Of a stretch of DNA of 64,000 nt, positions 1 through 11,878 are shown piece after piece (the first letter of the stretch is position 1; each line of letters begins with the position of its first letter). Below the pieces are notes generated by a model. That model saw only the letters and a program-made list of their open reading frames with translations, was not told the origin of the DNA and made no database searches. Made by a program: the position numbers and the translations under genes. The stretch is from Eledone cirrhosa (Eukaryota): assembly GCA_964016885.1 (NCBI GenBank), contig OZ024757.1:40610001-40674000 (forward strand), written 5' to 3'.

Positions 1-176
1 ATATATATACATATACATATATATACATATACATATATATACATATACATATATATATACATATACATATATATATACATATACATATACATATACATAT
101 ATATATACATATACATATATATATACATATACATATATATATACATATACATATATATATATACATATACATATAC

Positions 177-208
<32 letters not shown>

Positions 209-258
209 ATATATATATACATATATACATATATATATATATACATATATATATATAC

Positions 259-293
<35 letters not shown>

Positions 294-440
294 AATATAC
301 ATATATATATATATACATATATATATAAATATACATATATATATATACATATATATAAATATACATATATATATATACATATATATAAATATACATATAT
401 ATAAATATACATATATATAAATATACATATATATATATAC

Positions 441-509
<69 letters not shown>

Positions 510-532
510 TATACATATATATATATATATAC

Positions 533-627
<95 letters not shown>

Positions 628-664
628 CATATACATATATATATACATATATATATATATACAC

Positions 665-720
<56 letters not shown>

Positions 721-751
721 ACATATATATATATATATACATATATATATA
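1..751. repeat. (AT)n/(ATAC)n compound microsatellite
   Basis: Pure AT/ATAC runs. Dozens of similar (AT)n, (AG)n, (AC)n tracts occur throughout the window and are not all listed. Confidence 0.98.
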
Positions 752-957
752 TTTCGTTTCTGAATTTGTTTAGCAAGATTCTTTATCTGAAAATGTGTGT
801 TGAAACTGATATTGTTATACTTTGGGAGGGTCATGTTGCCAATAAGAAACACACGCACCTTTGCTTTCACTTCAATTTATTATAATAAATTTATAAATTT
901 AGGAACTTATAAATTTCCGGTTGGTTGGTTCCACAACCAGATGATTGTTTATATATT

Positions 958-1000
958 GTCAAAGTTCTTTCGTCACACATTCTGTGACCTCTTCAGTGAC
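958..1000 (-). ncRNA. Minimal type I hammerhead ribozyme (family A)
   Basis: GUCA-CUGAAGA-G-GUCACA(gaaug)UGUGAC-GAAA-GAAC-UU-UGAC: stem I, core, stem II, GAAA, short stem III, UH. Confidence 0.75.
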
Positions 1001-1196
1001 TGGGGATTCTTTTCTTTGTTTTTGTGCCTCTCCTTTGTTCTGTCCTACGCCATCTTGTTTTTGTGTGTGTGTGCTTAGTTTGCGCATGTGTTACATCCGG
1101 GTGTCTGTGTGTGTTTATATTCGTTTATTTATTTGTTTATTTACATGTTACTGGTTGGTTGTTTGTTCTATGTGCGTGTGTGTTTTCATTTTGTCT

Positions 1197-1598
1197 TTAA
1201 TTGTAAGTTGTGATGTTGCTGTTACACTCATGTTTTCTATTTAATTTTGGTTGGGGTTCGTTTATGTTTATTGACTCTGAGATTTGTCTAAACATTGCGT
1301 CTTTTCTGTGTGTAGATTCTATTTTTATTTCTATGTTCTCTAATTTACCCTCATGTTCTATTTTAGCATGTTGGTAGAGTACAGATGATTCTTTACTATC
1401 TTGAAGGTCTCGCCAGTGTTCATTTATCCGTTCCCCTATACTACGAGCTGTCTCACCTATATACACTATATTTTTATCTCTACATTGTCCTTCAGTACAT
1501 CTTATGCTATATACTACATTTCTAGTTTTACAGTTAATATGGGGGCTTAATTTACAGATTATGCATTTCTTATCTATACAGGGAGGTATTTGAAAAGA
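1197..1598 (-). pseudogene. PLE GIY-YIG endonuclease C-terminal fragment
   Basis: In-frame extension of the ORF reads PPCIDKKCIICKLSPHINCKTRNVVYSIRCTEGQC...VYIGETARSIGERINEH...VLYQH...RQISESININEPQPKLN. This is the Cys-rich linker plus VVY-YIG and E..PxLN motifs of PLE endonucleases. Confidence 0.9.
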
Positions 1599-1625
1599 CT
1601 TATATATACATTACATATATATATA

Positions 1626-1790
1626 AGCTTCTACAGGACTAGAACTGTTTCATTCGTGAGATATCATCAGGAAGCCCTGATGATTTCTCACGAATGAAAC
1701 AGTTCTAGTCCTATAGAAGCTCTTCTGTATTAAAACATTTATACTCTGTTATGTATTGAGTACCTCCGATTCAACCCGGAATAACTTATA
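1626..1790 (+). mobile_element. Fold-back PLE-like terminus with hammerhead core (family B)
   Basis: Inverted arms 1626-1671/1676-1721; CUGAUGA-U-UUC(ucac)GAA-U-GAAAC at 1677-1700. Other copies at ~21655, 33340, 35222, 39365, 44545. Confidence 0.7.
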
Positions 1791-1827
1791 TATAGAGAGA
1801 GAGGTGTGTGACAATATACTCACTTGA

Positions 1828-1918
1828 AAGAAGAAGAAGAAGAAGAAGAAGAAGAAGAAGAAGAAGAAGAAGAAGAAGAAGAAGAAGAAGAAGAAGAAGA
1901 AGAAGAAGAAGAAGAAGA
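1828..1918. repeat. (GAA)n microsatellite
   Basis: Pure GAA run. Similar runs at 19693, 26152, 27690, 47245 (TTC), 63033. Confidence 0.98.
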
Positions 1919-2330
1919 AACACAAACAAACAGACAAAAAGTAGAAAAATGAGGAAAAGAAGAAGGCGAAGCCGACAAAAAAATACAAACAACCAAACCA
2001 ACAAAAAAAAAAACAAATAGTAAAGGAAATAAAAAGAACCAAACTACCAGCAAAAGGGATTTTGTCCAGGATTATAATGTTATCTACGTAAACTATGTTT
2101 GTGTGATCATAGCGTCATGACACTTTAATGCTCAAACATATTAAGTTCTTACACACACATCTAATCGGGAATTTTCGGTGGTAATTTCACACTTCACACC
2201 ACCTAGAAAAAGTATATGGTGTTTATTTTGTTGTATGTTTCTTCTTTTATATTTGTCATCTATCTGTTTCTCTATCTATCTATTTATCTATCTATCTGTC
2301 TATTTATCTATCTATCTATATATCTATCTA

Positions 2331-2680
2331 TTAACAACTACTGTGACGTGTGGGACGCATCCAGTTGTCAGCCGAGTCCATCGTGAGGATCACCCTGCCG
2401 CCTTCATTTAAGAATGAAGGAGAGGTGGTTTTACTCTGTCTGGTGGCTATGGCGAAAGAGGTAATATGGTGGACCAGGTTAAAAGGACTGAGGGCAAACA
2501 GCTTTCTCTTCGGACAACAACTCATCCCCTTCTTTAAGTTCCACTTCAGAAGGAAGGTGAGAGTGGAGAGAGAGGTGCTAAACACCAGTAAATTCGCTGA
2601 AAGGTGGGTGAATGTGGCAAAAATGGCCCAAATGCATGGGCCTTCTCTGTATATAAACCTGTAGGTTGAGGAAGATAAAC
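2331..2680 (+). mobile_element. Tx1/L1-like LINE, ORF2 C-terminal fragment
   Basis: LVAMAKEVIWWTRLKGL...FFKFHFRRKVRVERE...FAERWVNVAKMA; homologous to the 3' ends at 6600-6700 (-) and 51550 (+). Confidence 0.75.
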
Positions 2681-2814
2681 AGAAATACATCTCTCTCTCT
2701 ATCAATCTATATATATATCTATCGATACTGAAATGTACATAGTGTTTACAGAAATAAAAAAATAAGGAAATTCAACATATTTGGCCTCCTGTCATTTCAC
2801 TTTATAATATATAT

Positions 2815-2850
<36 letters not shown>

Positions 2851-2919
2851 CTAAGAGTCCGGTATTTAACCTTGAGCTCATTAAATTACAAGGGATTACA
2901 TCGAGTCTTTAACTTTCTT

Positions 2920-3004
<85 letters not shown>

Positions 3005-3189
3005 TCCACCAAGATAATTCTAGGGATCCTCTTCCTATCTTCCCGTGGTTTCTTTACTTGTATAACTTACTATTTCCGTTGTTGTGGTACCTATCCCCGT
3101 AAATGTAAGCACCCACAAGTCATAAAGAAATGCACTGAATAACCATCAAACTAAAACAGATATTTCATTATATTTCATTATCATTATTT

Positions 3190-3660
3190 CTCGGGTCGAT
3201 AAAATAAAGTACCAGTAATGCACTGGATAATTGCTGGCCTTGTGCCTAAAGTAGAAACAATTATTTCTCTATAGGCGGTGGATTGGCAGTATCGGTAGAG
3301 GGTCGGACGCCATGCTTTGCAGCATAGTTACGTCCCTTTACGATCTGAGTTCAAATCCCGCCGAGGTTAACTTTGCCTTTCATCCTTACGGGGTCGATAA
3401 AATAAAGTACCAGTAATGCACTGGGTAATTGCTGGCCTTGTGCCTAAAGTAGAAACAATTATTTCTCTATAGGCGGTGGATTGGCAGTATTGGTAGAGTG
3501 TCGGATGCCATGCTTTGGCGCATAGAGTTACGGCCCGTGCCATTCTGAGTTCAAATCCCGCCGAGGTTGACTTTGCCTTTCATCCTTACGGGGTCGATAA
3601 AATAAAGTACCAGTAATACACTGGTGAATTGCTGGCCTTGTGCCTAAAGTAGAAACAATT
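3190..3660 (+). mobile_element. Head-to-tail tandem of tRNA-derived SINE (about 2.4 units of ~198 bp)
   Basis: A box-like TGGCAGTATCGG, B box GAGTTCAAATCC, central GCCTTTCATCCTTACGGGGTCGATAAAATAAAGTACCAG block (resembles the Nin/Deu SINE domain), tail GGCCTTGTGCCTAAAGTAGAAACAATT. Confidence 0.9.
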
Positions 3661-4229
3661 CTTTCTTTATGTGAATAAAGATATTCCGTGTCAATATGGC
3701 GACTGTGAAGTGTAAGTGAAATATTACAAAGATGAAATTGACCTCTCTATGATTTGAACTGAGAGCTCATAGGACTGAAACGAAAATCACGAATCAAGCA
3801 AGCCTGTTATAATGACTCCAGCAATATGCTGCCTTTAGAATTTACAGTTATAGTCAATTAGTTCTCTTCTGTCTTTGTATATTCTTCATGCAATCGTCCA
3901 CAACGGAAATTGAAATATTAGAATTATGGTGATATTGATGTCATTTGAACACAGTAACGGCAGTTAGTAAAATATGCTACGGAAGCAGATTGCACTGTAT
4001 TCACTGTGAATATGAAAAAGACATTATCAATCGCCTCAACGAACCAATTGTATTGTAATATATTGATCTAATTACATGACGGGAGCCATACAATGGTACT
4101 AAGTAAGATGACAGCAATTTTAGTCAGTGATTTGCTACGATTTGCATTACTTTGTCTCATATATTAAACCAAGATGGCAAGAGAGAAAGAAATATCGTAT
4201 GTTATTTTATTTTCTATTCATCAACGTAT

Positions 4230-4515
4230 CTCCCCGACTTCCTTGTCTACTGGAGGCCATTAGTAGCAGATGAATTTCAGAGAGGCTTCTTCTACACAAA
4301 TAGTAGACTCTGTGATATGGTAGGGTTCTCTGCCTGGAGCATGGTGAAGCAACTGTATGGAAGGAAGGCAGATAAGCTTGATGGCCCTTACAAGCGCACA
4401 TCAGGTGCCATTTAGTTTGAGCACACAACCAATCAATGAGTGTCGGGTAATCTATTTGTAACAGCTAATATCACAAGAGTTCGTCTCCGCAGGACATTGC
4501 TACAGGCCTACTGAT
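4230..4515 (+). mobile_element. Degraded RTE-X-like LINE fragment (post-RT region)
   Basis: Across frameshifts: F.RGFFYT/IVDSVIW...VKQL...KLDGPYKR...GNL..TANITRVRLR/AGHCYR, matching the RTE-X motif LDGxYTRMLR...RRLRFAGHCYR. Confidence 0.6.
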
Positions 4516-4539
4516 ATACTACTATACATGGGCATTTAA

Positions 4540-4588
<49 letters not shown>

Positions 4589-4753
4589 TAACAGATTAAA
4601 GTTTAAGCCAAGAATCGCTGCTTTGGATTTTAGTCTTCAAATTTATTATTACTACCATATATATATATATATATATATAAATGGCTTCTAACTTTTAATT
4701 TTAGAGATCATTTTGAGGAACTTTCAGTGTTTTCAAGATTATAGAGATTTTTG

Positions 4754-4811
4754 CTGTCTGAAGAGCTCAGGCTGTCATAACTGACAGTCCTCAGTGAAAT
4801 ATGTATAACAG
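4754..4811 (+). ncRNA. Type I hammerhead ribozyme in a short insert (4679-4862)
   Basis: CUGU-CUGAAGA-GCUCAGGCUGUCA(uaac)UGACAGUCCUCAGU-GAAA-UAUGUA-UA-ACAG. Confidence 0.8.
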
Positions 4812-4867
4812 AGTTTTAAATAAGCCTGAATCAACTGAATATGGCCTCCGAATTTTTAATCATATAC

Positions 4868-4918
<51 letters not shown>

Positions 4919-4919
4919 C

Positions 4920-4949
<30 letters not shown>

Positions 4950-4950
<1 letters not shown>

Positions 4951-5085
4951 AAACAGTGAGCACTCAGTCCATGGGACGAGTTAGGTAGAAGTGGTAACAC
5001 AACAGTTAGTTCACCATACCGAGCTGAAGATCCGCTAAGGTGAAACAATTTTTCCCGGTATGGTGAACTAACTGTTGTGTTACCA

Positions 5086-5088
<3 letters not shown>
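4950..5088 (+). mobile_element. Fold-back insert: 32-bp perfect hairpin with hammerhead core in its loop
   Basis: Arms 4990-5021/5056-5087; loop contains CUGAAGA-U-CC(gcuaa)GG-U-GAAAC. Confidence 0.65.
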
Positions 5089-5129
<41 letters not shown>

Positions 5130-6015
5130 AAGATACGTCACACATCTGTCATTATATCGGTCTCAGTCTTCTGCTCTCGGCAGAATAATGAAAATAACTC
5201 ACCACAATTTTAGTTTACATTGTGGTCGTCTGCTACTGTCTTTGTAGCAGACATCTTATATTTTAAATCTGTCCAAACTCGTGATTTTTATCCACCAGCA
5301 TAATTCTAGGTATTCCTCTTCCTATCTTCCCGTGTATTCTTACTTTCTATTTAAAAGTCTCCGTAAACAATATTTCTTTGATAATTAGTTGTCCAAAATT
5401 ATTTTAGTTTTTCCTTTCTTTGATGGCGTCTGATAAAATTTTCTTAGATTTTTGCCAATTTTACTACTCCATAATTGGTTTTATGTTCTGTCAGTTAGAT
5501 TCACTAAAGCATTGTACATCATAACATCGCTAAGGCTTCTTCTTATCGATTCGATAACACATCTGTTAATGTCTGTGTTTCTACAACGTAGAGTAGAATG
5601 GAACACATACTTTAGGAAGGACTTTTCTTGATTACAGTCGTCAAAACTGTAGCCATGCTGGAGCAGCCCCTGAATTGGGTTTAGCCAAGTCGACTATATA
5701 AAGCATACTATTTATTGATATCGTTTGAGAACATAAACACTAAAACAGGTACAAACGGTAACATACTCACACGTACTTGCACATATATATGTATATATAT
5801 ACATCACTCTCTCTCTTCATATATATATATTTATATATATGCAAATACATATATATATATATATATATATTGTTATACTTGGGGAGGGTCATATTTGTGT
5901 AATATTGCCAGAATTAATAACAGAACAAACTCACTGTTTGGTTATATATATATGTATATATACATATGCATATATATACATGTACATATACATATATACA
6001 TATATGCCTGCATAT

Positions 6016-6064
<49 letters not shown>

Positions 6065-6134
6065 TACATATACATATATACTTATACATATATACATATA
6101 CATATATACATATACATACATATATATGTATATA

Positions 6135-6352
6135 CTTTATTTTATTGAACCTGTAAGAATAAAACGTAAAGCTAACCTCAGCAGGATTTGAACTCAAAAC
6201 GCAAAGGACAGTAACTCTATACCACAAAACATGTTGCTTGAAGCTCTACCGATGCTACCAATATAAATAATAATGATGATAATAATAATAATAATAATAA
6301 TTGTTTCTACGTGTGGCACAAGGCCAGCAATTACCCAGTGCATTACTGGTAC
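6135..6352 (-). mobile_element. tRNA-derived SINE fragments (head ~6135-6262; separate tail 6300-6352)
   Basis: Reverse complement of the B box (GGATTTGAACTC) and of the SINE tail ending in (ATT)n. Confidence 0.8.
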
Positions 6353-6361
6353 TTAATAATA

Positions 6362-9344
6362 ATAATGGTTTCTTTATTGGCCACAGGGGCTAACACGAAG
6401 AAAAAACATTAGGGACGGCACAGAAAAGTACAGGACGATATAAAGTGGGTTTTGGTCGTGTAAACAGGTTATAACAAAATTGGGCTAGAAATCAAAAATT
6501 CCCCAAAAGGGGGAACCTTCGAGGGTCACTCCTGGCGAAAACCAAACAAAAAGGCCACGGCCACCCTGACCACCAGGGTAAGCGCCCTCTCTTAGTTTTC
6601 CCACTCCTCAGTCTTCAGGCGCATACTCAGGGCGGGCCCGTTCACTCGGACCAGACTCGCCACTTTCACCCAATTCAACAAACTTTCGTTGCCCTGCGCA
6701 CATCTCGAGCGCTCGGCTGACAGCACCCCCGTGCCCGTACAGCTTATTCCGAACTGCCAGGCCAGGGATTTCTGGAAGTTGTCCATAGGCCCCAGTCTGG
6801 AAGTTCTCTTGAAGACTGCGAGCAACTGATCGTCTTCGACACACAGGGTCTCCCCGAGAACGTCATCGCTCTTTCCCTCCACTAGCCCTCTATAGACCGC
6901 CGAGGTGGATGGATGTTCCACCGATACTAGTGCCCAGCTGGTAGAGGGCGGTGCGCGCTTGGAGACATTCCAGCTTCCAAGCGCTATCCCTCGGTCTTTT
7001 CCTGATCCCGGACAGTAGCTCCGTCAAGCAGACGGGCTGGGGAAAAGCGCGTCTGGCAAACGGCGACCACACCTGTTCACCGTCAAGTAAGCAGAGATAT
7101 CGCAGCCTCAGCGCATGTTTGCGCTTCAGGTCGTTGAGCAGGTGACCCAGCTTCCAAGCTGACCCCAGGCCACGTACATTTATACTGCCTATTCTAAGTA
7201 CGGCTATGTTGGATGAGAAACGGGGTAAGTGAGAAAGGATCACTTACCTTGCTCGTGTGGTGAAGGGACAGTAGAACCGTCCCTTTGGCTGGTCATGGGT
7301 GCTTCCAAGAGGATGTCGGTGTATATCCTCTTGGTTGGGGAATTTTTGTTTTAAAAGTTTGTAATGTTCTATTTCGATTTCAATGAAGTTTATGTATGTC
7401 GGGAGAGTTCTTGGTGTTGGTGGGATGTAGTAGTTTTTTTCTGTGATGTCTGTGTGCTGCTTTTATGTTGTAAGAGTTCATTATTTGACATGTTTATGGC
7501 GAGAGGAGGGGCGATTTTGTTGCTGTTTTCTTGTTGTTGCTGTTGGGTGTGTGTGTTCTGTTGTGTTTGCGATGTTGGTGTTTTTAGTGATGCTGGTGGT
7601 GGTGTGGTTGTTGTTGGTGGTGATGCTTTTGGTGGTGATGTTGTTGCTGCAAGTCTCCTTGCAGACTTTACTCCTCTTTGTCTGCCTTCGCTTTTGGAGG
7701 GTGAAGCTAAGGGTTTTTTTGTGGCAGAGGGTTTGCCACTTTCCTCCCGCCTCACACTCCATGTCAGACCCCTCGGCGGCCAGGAGGAGCATGAGCCCTA
7801 CTGCTGTTGGTGGTGGCAGTGGAGCCCGCTCCGGCGGTTTTACCGACGGTGTAGCTACTGCGACTGTTGGTGTTGCCGCCACTGCTGCCGCTGCTTTAGT
7901 TGTCCGTGGCCTTGGTATGGGTGCCACGGACGTTGCCCTCCTACTCACCATGGAAGTGACTTCTGCCTCTGTTGCCTGCCCTGCTCTTGGTAGCAGCGGA
8001 TGAGGGGTCGGAAGGAGGGGCCCTCTTCTTGGTTGAGTGACTCTGAGGTGAGTCTTCTGCCCACAGAGATAGCACTTTTGGTGCCTTCCTTCAACGCTTA
8101 TAGGGAGTTGGGGCCCTTCTTCGAGGTCTATGATGTCTGAGATGGCCTCAATGCACTCTAGGTCAGTCTGTATTAGCATTTGCATGCCTATTCTTGACCA
8201 GTTCTCTTCTCATTCTCTAAACTTGCAGTATGGTGGTCTTCTCGTCGATTCCAGCCAGTACAGACGCGGCCAGCCAAGGTATGGGCACGTCGGGCGGGAC
8301 CTGGGTCACTTTGACCCTCACAATTTTCTGCCCGCAGTAGGAGGGCACGAAGACTACCTCCTCACTCTTTAGAGTTTCCAAAGAGTGAGACTTCGCCTCT
8401 TGGGGAGGGAGGGGGAGGTGCGAAAAGTACGCCTACTGAGGCGTACTTTTTGCCTCGGGTGATGTGGGTTTTTTGCGCTTAGACGCACCCCAAGGCCTTT
8501 TGGATTTTAGCCTCCGTGGCTCTCTCCACCCGATGTGATATTTTGCTTACGGTGCGGTAAGTCACCGTGCGCAACTGCTTGTCTTTGAAGAAATCGGGTG
8601 GAGGTTTCAGGGAAACTCTGTCGTTTCTCGACACCATGGCTCTTGCGACTGCCATATCCACCTCCGTGACTAGCACTGTCTCTATATTTCAGGCCACACC
8701 TGCGAAAGAAGTGGGCCCCTTTTTCAGCGGCCCCATTATTGCTGCCGCTACTGCTGCTATTGGTCTTGTTTTTGTTGTTGTTGCTACAAACGGTGTTGGT
8801 GTTGTTGCTGTTATCAATGTTGTAGTTGGTTGTGTTTTTGGTGCCACCGTTCTTGTTGTTTTCGGTGCAATTTGTATTGTTGGGGTTGGTGTTATCGTTG
8901 TTTATTTTCTTGTTAGTGGTGTTAATATCGTTGTTGCATTTGTTGTCATTTGTTTCTGTTGTCTGTGTTTTGGTTGATGCTGTTATTGTTGTAGTTGGTG
9001 TCGTAATTTTTTCAAAATTAGTTTTCTCAGTGTTGTTGTCTTTGTTCGCGTTGTTTGTGGTTGTGTCTCTTGTAGGAATTTCACTAACCCTCCTCTCAAC
9101 TTTTACGCCGTTGTCACAAGACAACAGACATATTTTTTAACTGAACAGAATTGTTTTTTTTTAAAATAATTTTTTTAAAGTAGAATGTTCAAATATTTGG
9201 GCCAAATATTATACTTTCCCCTTTCACAGGGCAAAGTCTACGGGGTTATATCCCTTACACAACAAGAAATATTTAACAACAAATAATTTTAACAGGCAAA
9301 TAAAGCGACTTACTGGGAGCGAGCAAAAGACGTCCGTTTAGACC
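6362..9344 (-). mobile_element. Internally deleted Tx1/L1-like LINE inserted in (AAT)n
   Basis: Disrupted ORF1 with Asn/Thr-rich N-terminus and VEGRHQKCYLCGQKTH knuckle. ORF2 starts with the APE motif LRIGSINVRGLG at ~7200 and jumps directly to post-RT sequence (RKHALRLRYL...VWSPF). 3' UTR ends AATAAAGAAACC(ATT)n; (AAT)n on both flanks. Confidence 0.85.
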
Positions 9345-9350
9345 AATAAT

Positions 9351-9399
<49 letters not shown>

Positions 9400-9756
9400 T
9401 TTATCTGAAAATCTATTTCTGAAATATTCGCCTTTAAGATTAAATATTGTTTACCATATTCCACTAGAATATTGTTTTCATTTCTTCGCTTTCTTTAGAT
9501 TTTCCTTCCCAACCTCGCTCAAAGAACGCGTCAAGATTCTTTTGAAACCCCTAGTAGGTTACCAATGTTGTTGGCGTAGTTCCATGAATTCAGCGTTACT
9601 TTCTCAGAAATAGAAGCAGCATGATGTTATCTCGAATTATGGAGAAGAAAAATATTGTAGTAAATTGGTACAAATATTTCGAAATGGTCTTCGAGCAATC
9701 GAGATAAAACACGTTATATTTATAAAACTGCTCTCAGAAAAATAAAGACGTATAGG

Positions 9757-9803
<47 letters not shown>

Positions 9804-9890
9804 CCCTCGTCTCTTCTTTCTTTCTTTCTTTCTCTCTTTCTATTCCACCTCTTCCTTTCTGTTAAGTTGTCCCCCTTTCTAACTCTCTTT

Positions 9891-9965
<75 letters not shown>

Positions 9966-10049
9966 TCATATACATACATATATAGATATATACATATATA
10001 TATTCATATAAATACATATATAGATATATACATATATATATATACACAT

Positions 10050-10148
<99 letters not shown>

Positions 10149-10449
10149 CATATACATACATATATATATATATATATATACATATACATACATATATATA
10201 TATATTTACATATACATACATATATATATATACATATACATACATATATATAAATATATATATATAGGAAGGACAGTGAGAGAGGAAGAGAGAAGGGATA
10301 ACAGTCAACACAAAGTAAGAGGGGGATAGAAAGAGAGAGAACGAAGAGAGGAGGGTACAGTTAATAGAAAGGAAGAGAGGGAGATAAAGAGAGAGGTGTG
10401 AGGAGAGAGGGGTAAGGAAAGAGTAAATATAGAGGAAGAAGGTGCGAGA

Positions 10450-10870
10450 TAAAGAGAGAGAGAGAGAGAGAGATGTAGAGAGAGGGAGAGAGAGAGATGT
10501 AGAGAGAGGTGAGAGAGAGAGATGTAGAGAGAGGGAGAGAGAGAGATGTAGAGAGAGGTGAGAGAGAGAGATGTAGAGAGAGGGAGAGAGAGAGATGTAG
10601 AGAGAGGTGAGAGAGAGAGATGTAGAGAGAGGGAGAGAGAGAGATGTAGAGAGAGGGAGAGAGAGAGAGATGTAGAGAGAGGGAGAGAGAGAGAGAGGTA
10701 GAGAGAGGGAGAGCGAGAGATGTAGAGAGAGGGAGAGAGAGAGATGTAGAGAGAGGGAGAGAGAGAAATGTAGAGAGAGAGAGAGAGAGATGTAGTGAGA
10801 GGGAGAGAGAGAGATGTAGAGAGAGGGAGAGAGAGAGATGTAGAGAGAGGGAGATGTAGAGAGAGAGAGG
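10450..10870. repeat. GA-rich minisatellite (~20-24 bp unit GAGAGAGATGTAGAGAGAGG)
   Basis: Roughly 18 repeats of TGTA embedded in (GA)n. Confidence 0.92.
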
Positions 10871-11339
10871 GGGAGTAGAAGAAGGAGAGAAGAGAAAGTA
10901 TATTTACATCTGTGTGTATATATATGTGTGTATATGTTTGTGTATGTACATATGTATGTTTTGTGTGTGTATATATGTGTGTATATATGTGTGTATATGT
11001 ATGTGTTTGGGTTTGTGTGCATGTGTAAGTGTTTGTGTGTATGTGTGTATGTGTGTGAGTGTGTGTATGCATTCATATATGTGGTTCAGTGTGTGTTTGT
11101 GGGAGGAGGCATTGAAAAATATTTATAGAGAAGGGATTGCAGGTATACATAAATTAACATAAATTAGAAAGAGAGAGGGGGTGGCGTGAGGGAGAGAGAA
11201 GATGGAGAAATCGAGATAACGAGAGAAGGTAGGTGAAAGTGACAGTAGGATATATATATTGTGGCAGTGATAAGGAGAGAGGGAGAGAGGGAGAGAGAGA
11301 GAGAGATAGTGGGAGGAAGAGAGAGAGGAATATTGGGAA

Positions 11340-11384
<45 letters not shown>

Positions 11385-11514
11385 CTGTATGATATAGTTA
11401 GATAGAGAAATGGAAAATCCTGTGTATGTGAATTATGAGAAGAATGTGATGTACTGGGATCGAACCCGGAACCTTCTCCTTGTTTTTACTTAAACTTCCT
11501 AATCCTTTCTAGGA

Positions 11515-11830
11515 GAAGTATTAGCGGAGTCTTTAGAACGTCGGATAAAATCAATGTTGGTATTAGTTCCGGCTCTCTGCTCTCTGAGTTCGAATCTCAC
11601 TGAGGTCAACTTTGCCTTTCATCCTTTCGAGGTGGATAAAAAGTACCAGTATTAAACTGGGGTCTATTCTTTCTCTATATATCTTCCTCCTTTCCTCTCC
11701 CTCATTTTCTCTCTTTCTCTGGAAGAAATCTGCTGTATTCAGGCCTGGAGAGTGATGGGCTTCGCCAGGCTTAAAATGCCTAAGAAACGCCGTATGTCAA
11801 TATAGCGCCTCTACGACTCTATCAGGACCA
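11515..11830 (+). mobile_element. SINE variant: same head, different long 3' body
   Basis: B box GAGTTCGAATC plus core, then CTGGAAGAAATCTGCTG...CGCCAGG...AGAAACGCCGTA; body shared with 21260-21450, 41995-42140, 36428-36510 and 54990-55090 (-). Confidence 0.75.
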
Positions 11831-11842
11831 TACATACATACA

Positions 11843-11878
<36 letters not shown>

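Larger units (their letters stand above)
752..1600 (-). mobile_element. 5'-truncated Penelope-like element (Neptune-type), 3' end with pLTR
   Basis: GIY-YIG coding remnant, then a 3' non-coding region containing a hammerhead motif, ending in (AT)n. The same terminus recurs at 35485-35881 and partially at 5870-5895. Confidence 0.88.

Noticed and set aside
9734-11162. Long ORFs such as 9892-11076 and the many YIYI/SLSL/CVCV ORFs across the window
   Set aside because: Translations of dinucleotide microsatellites that lack stop codons; no coding signal.
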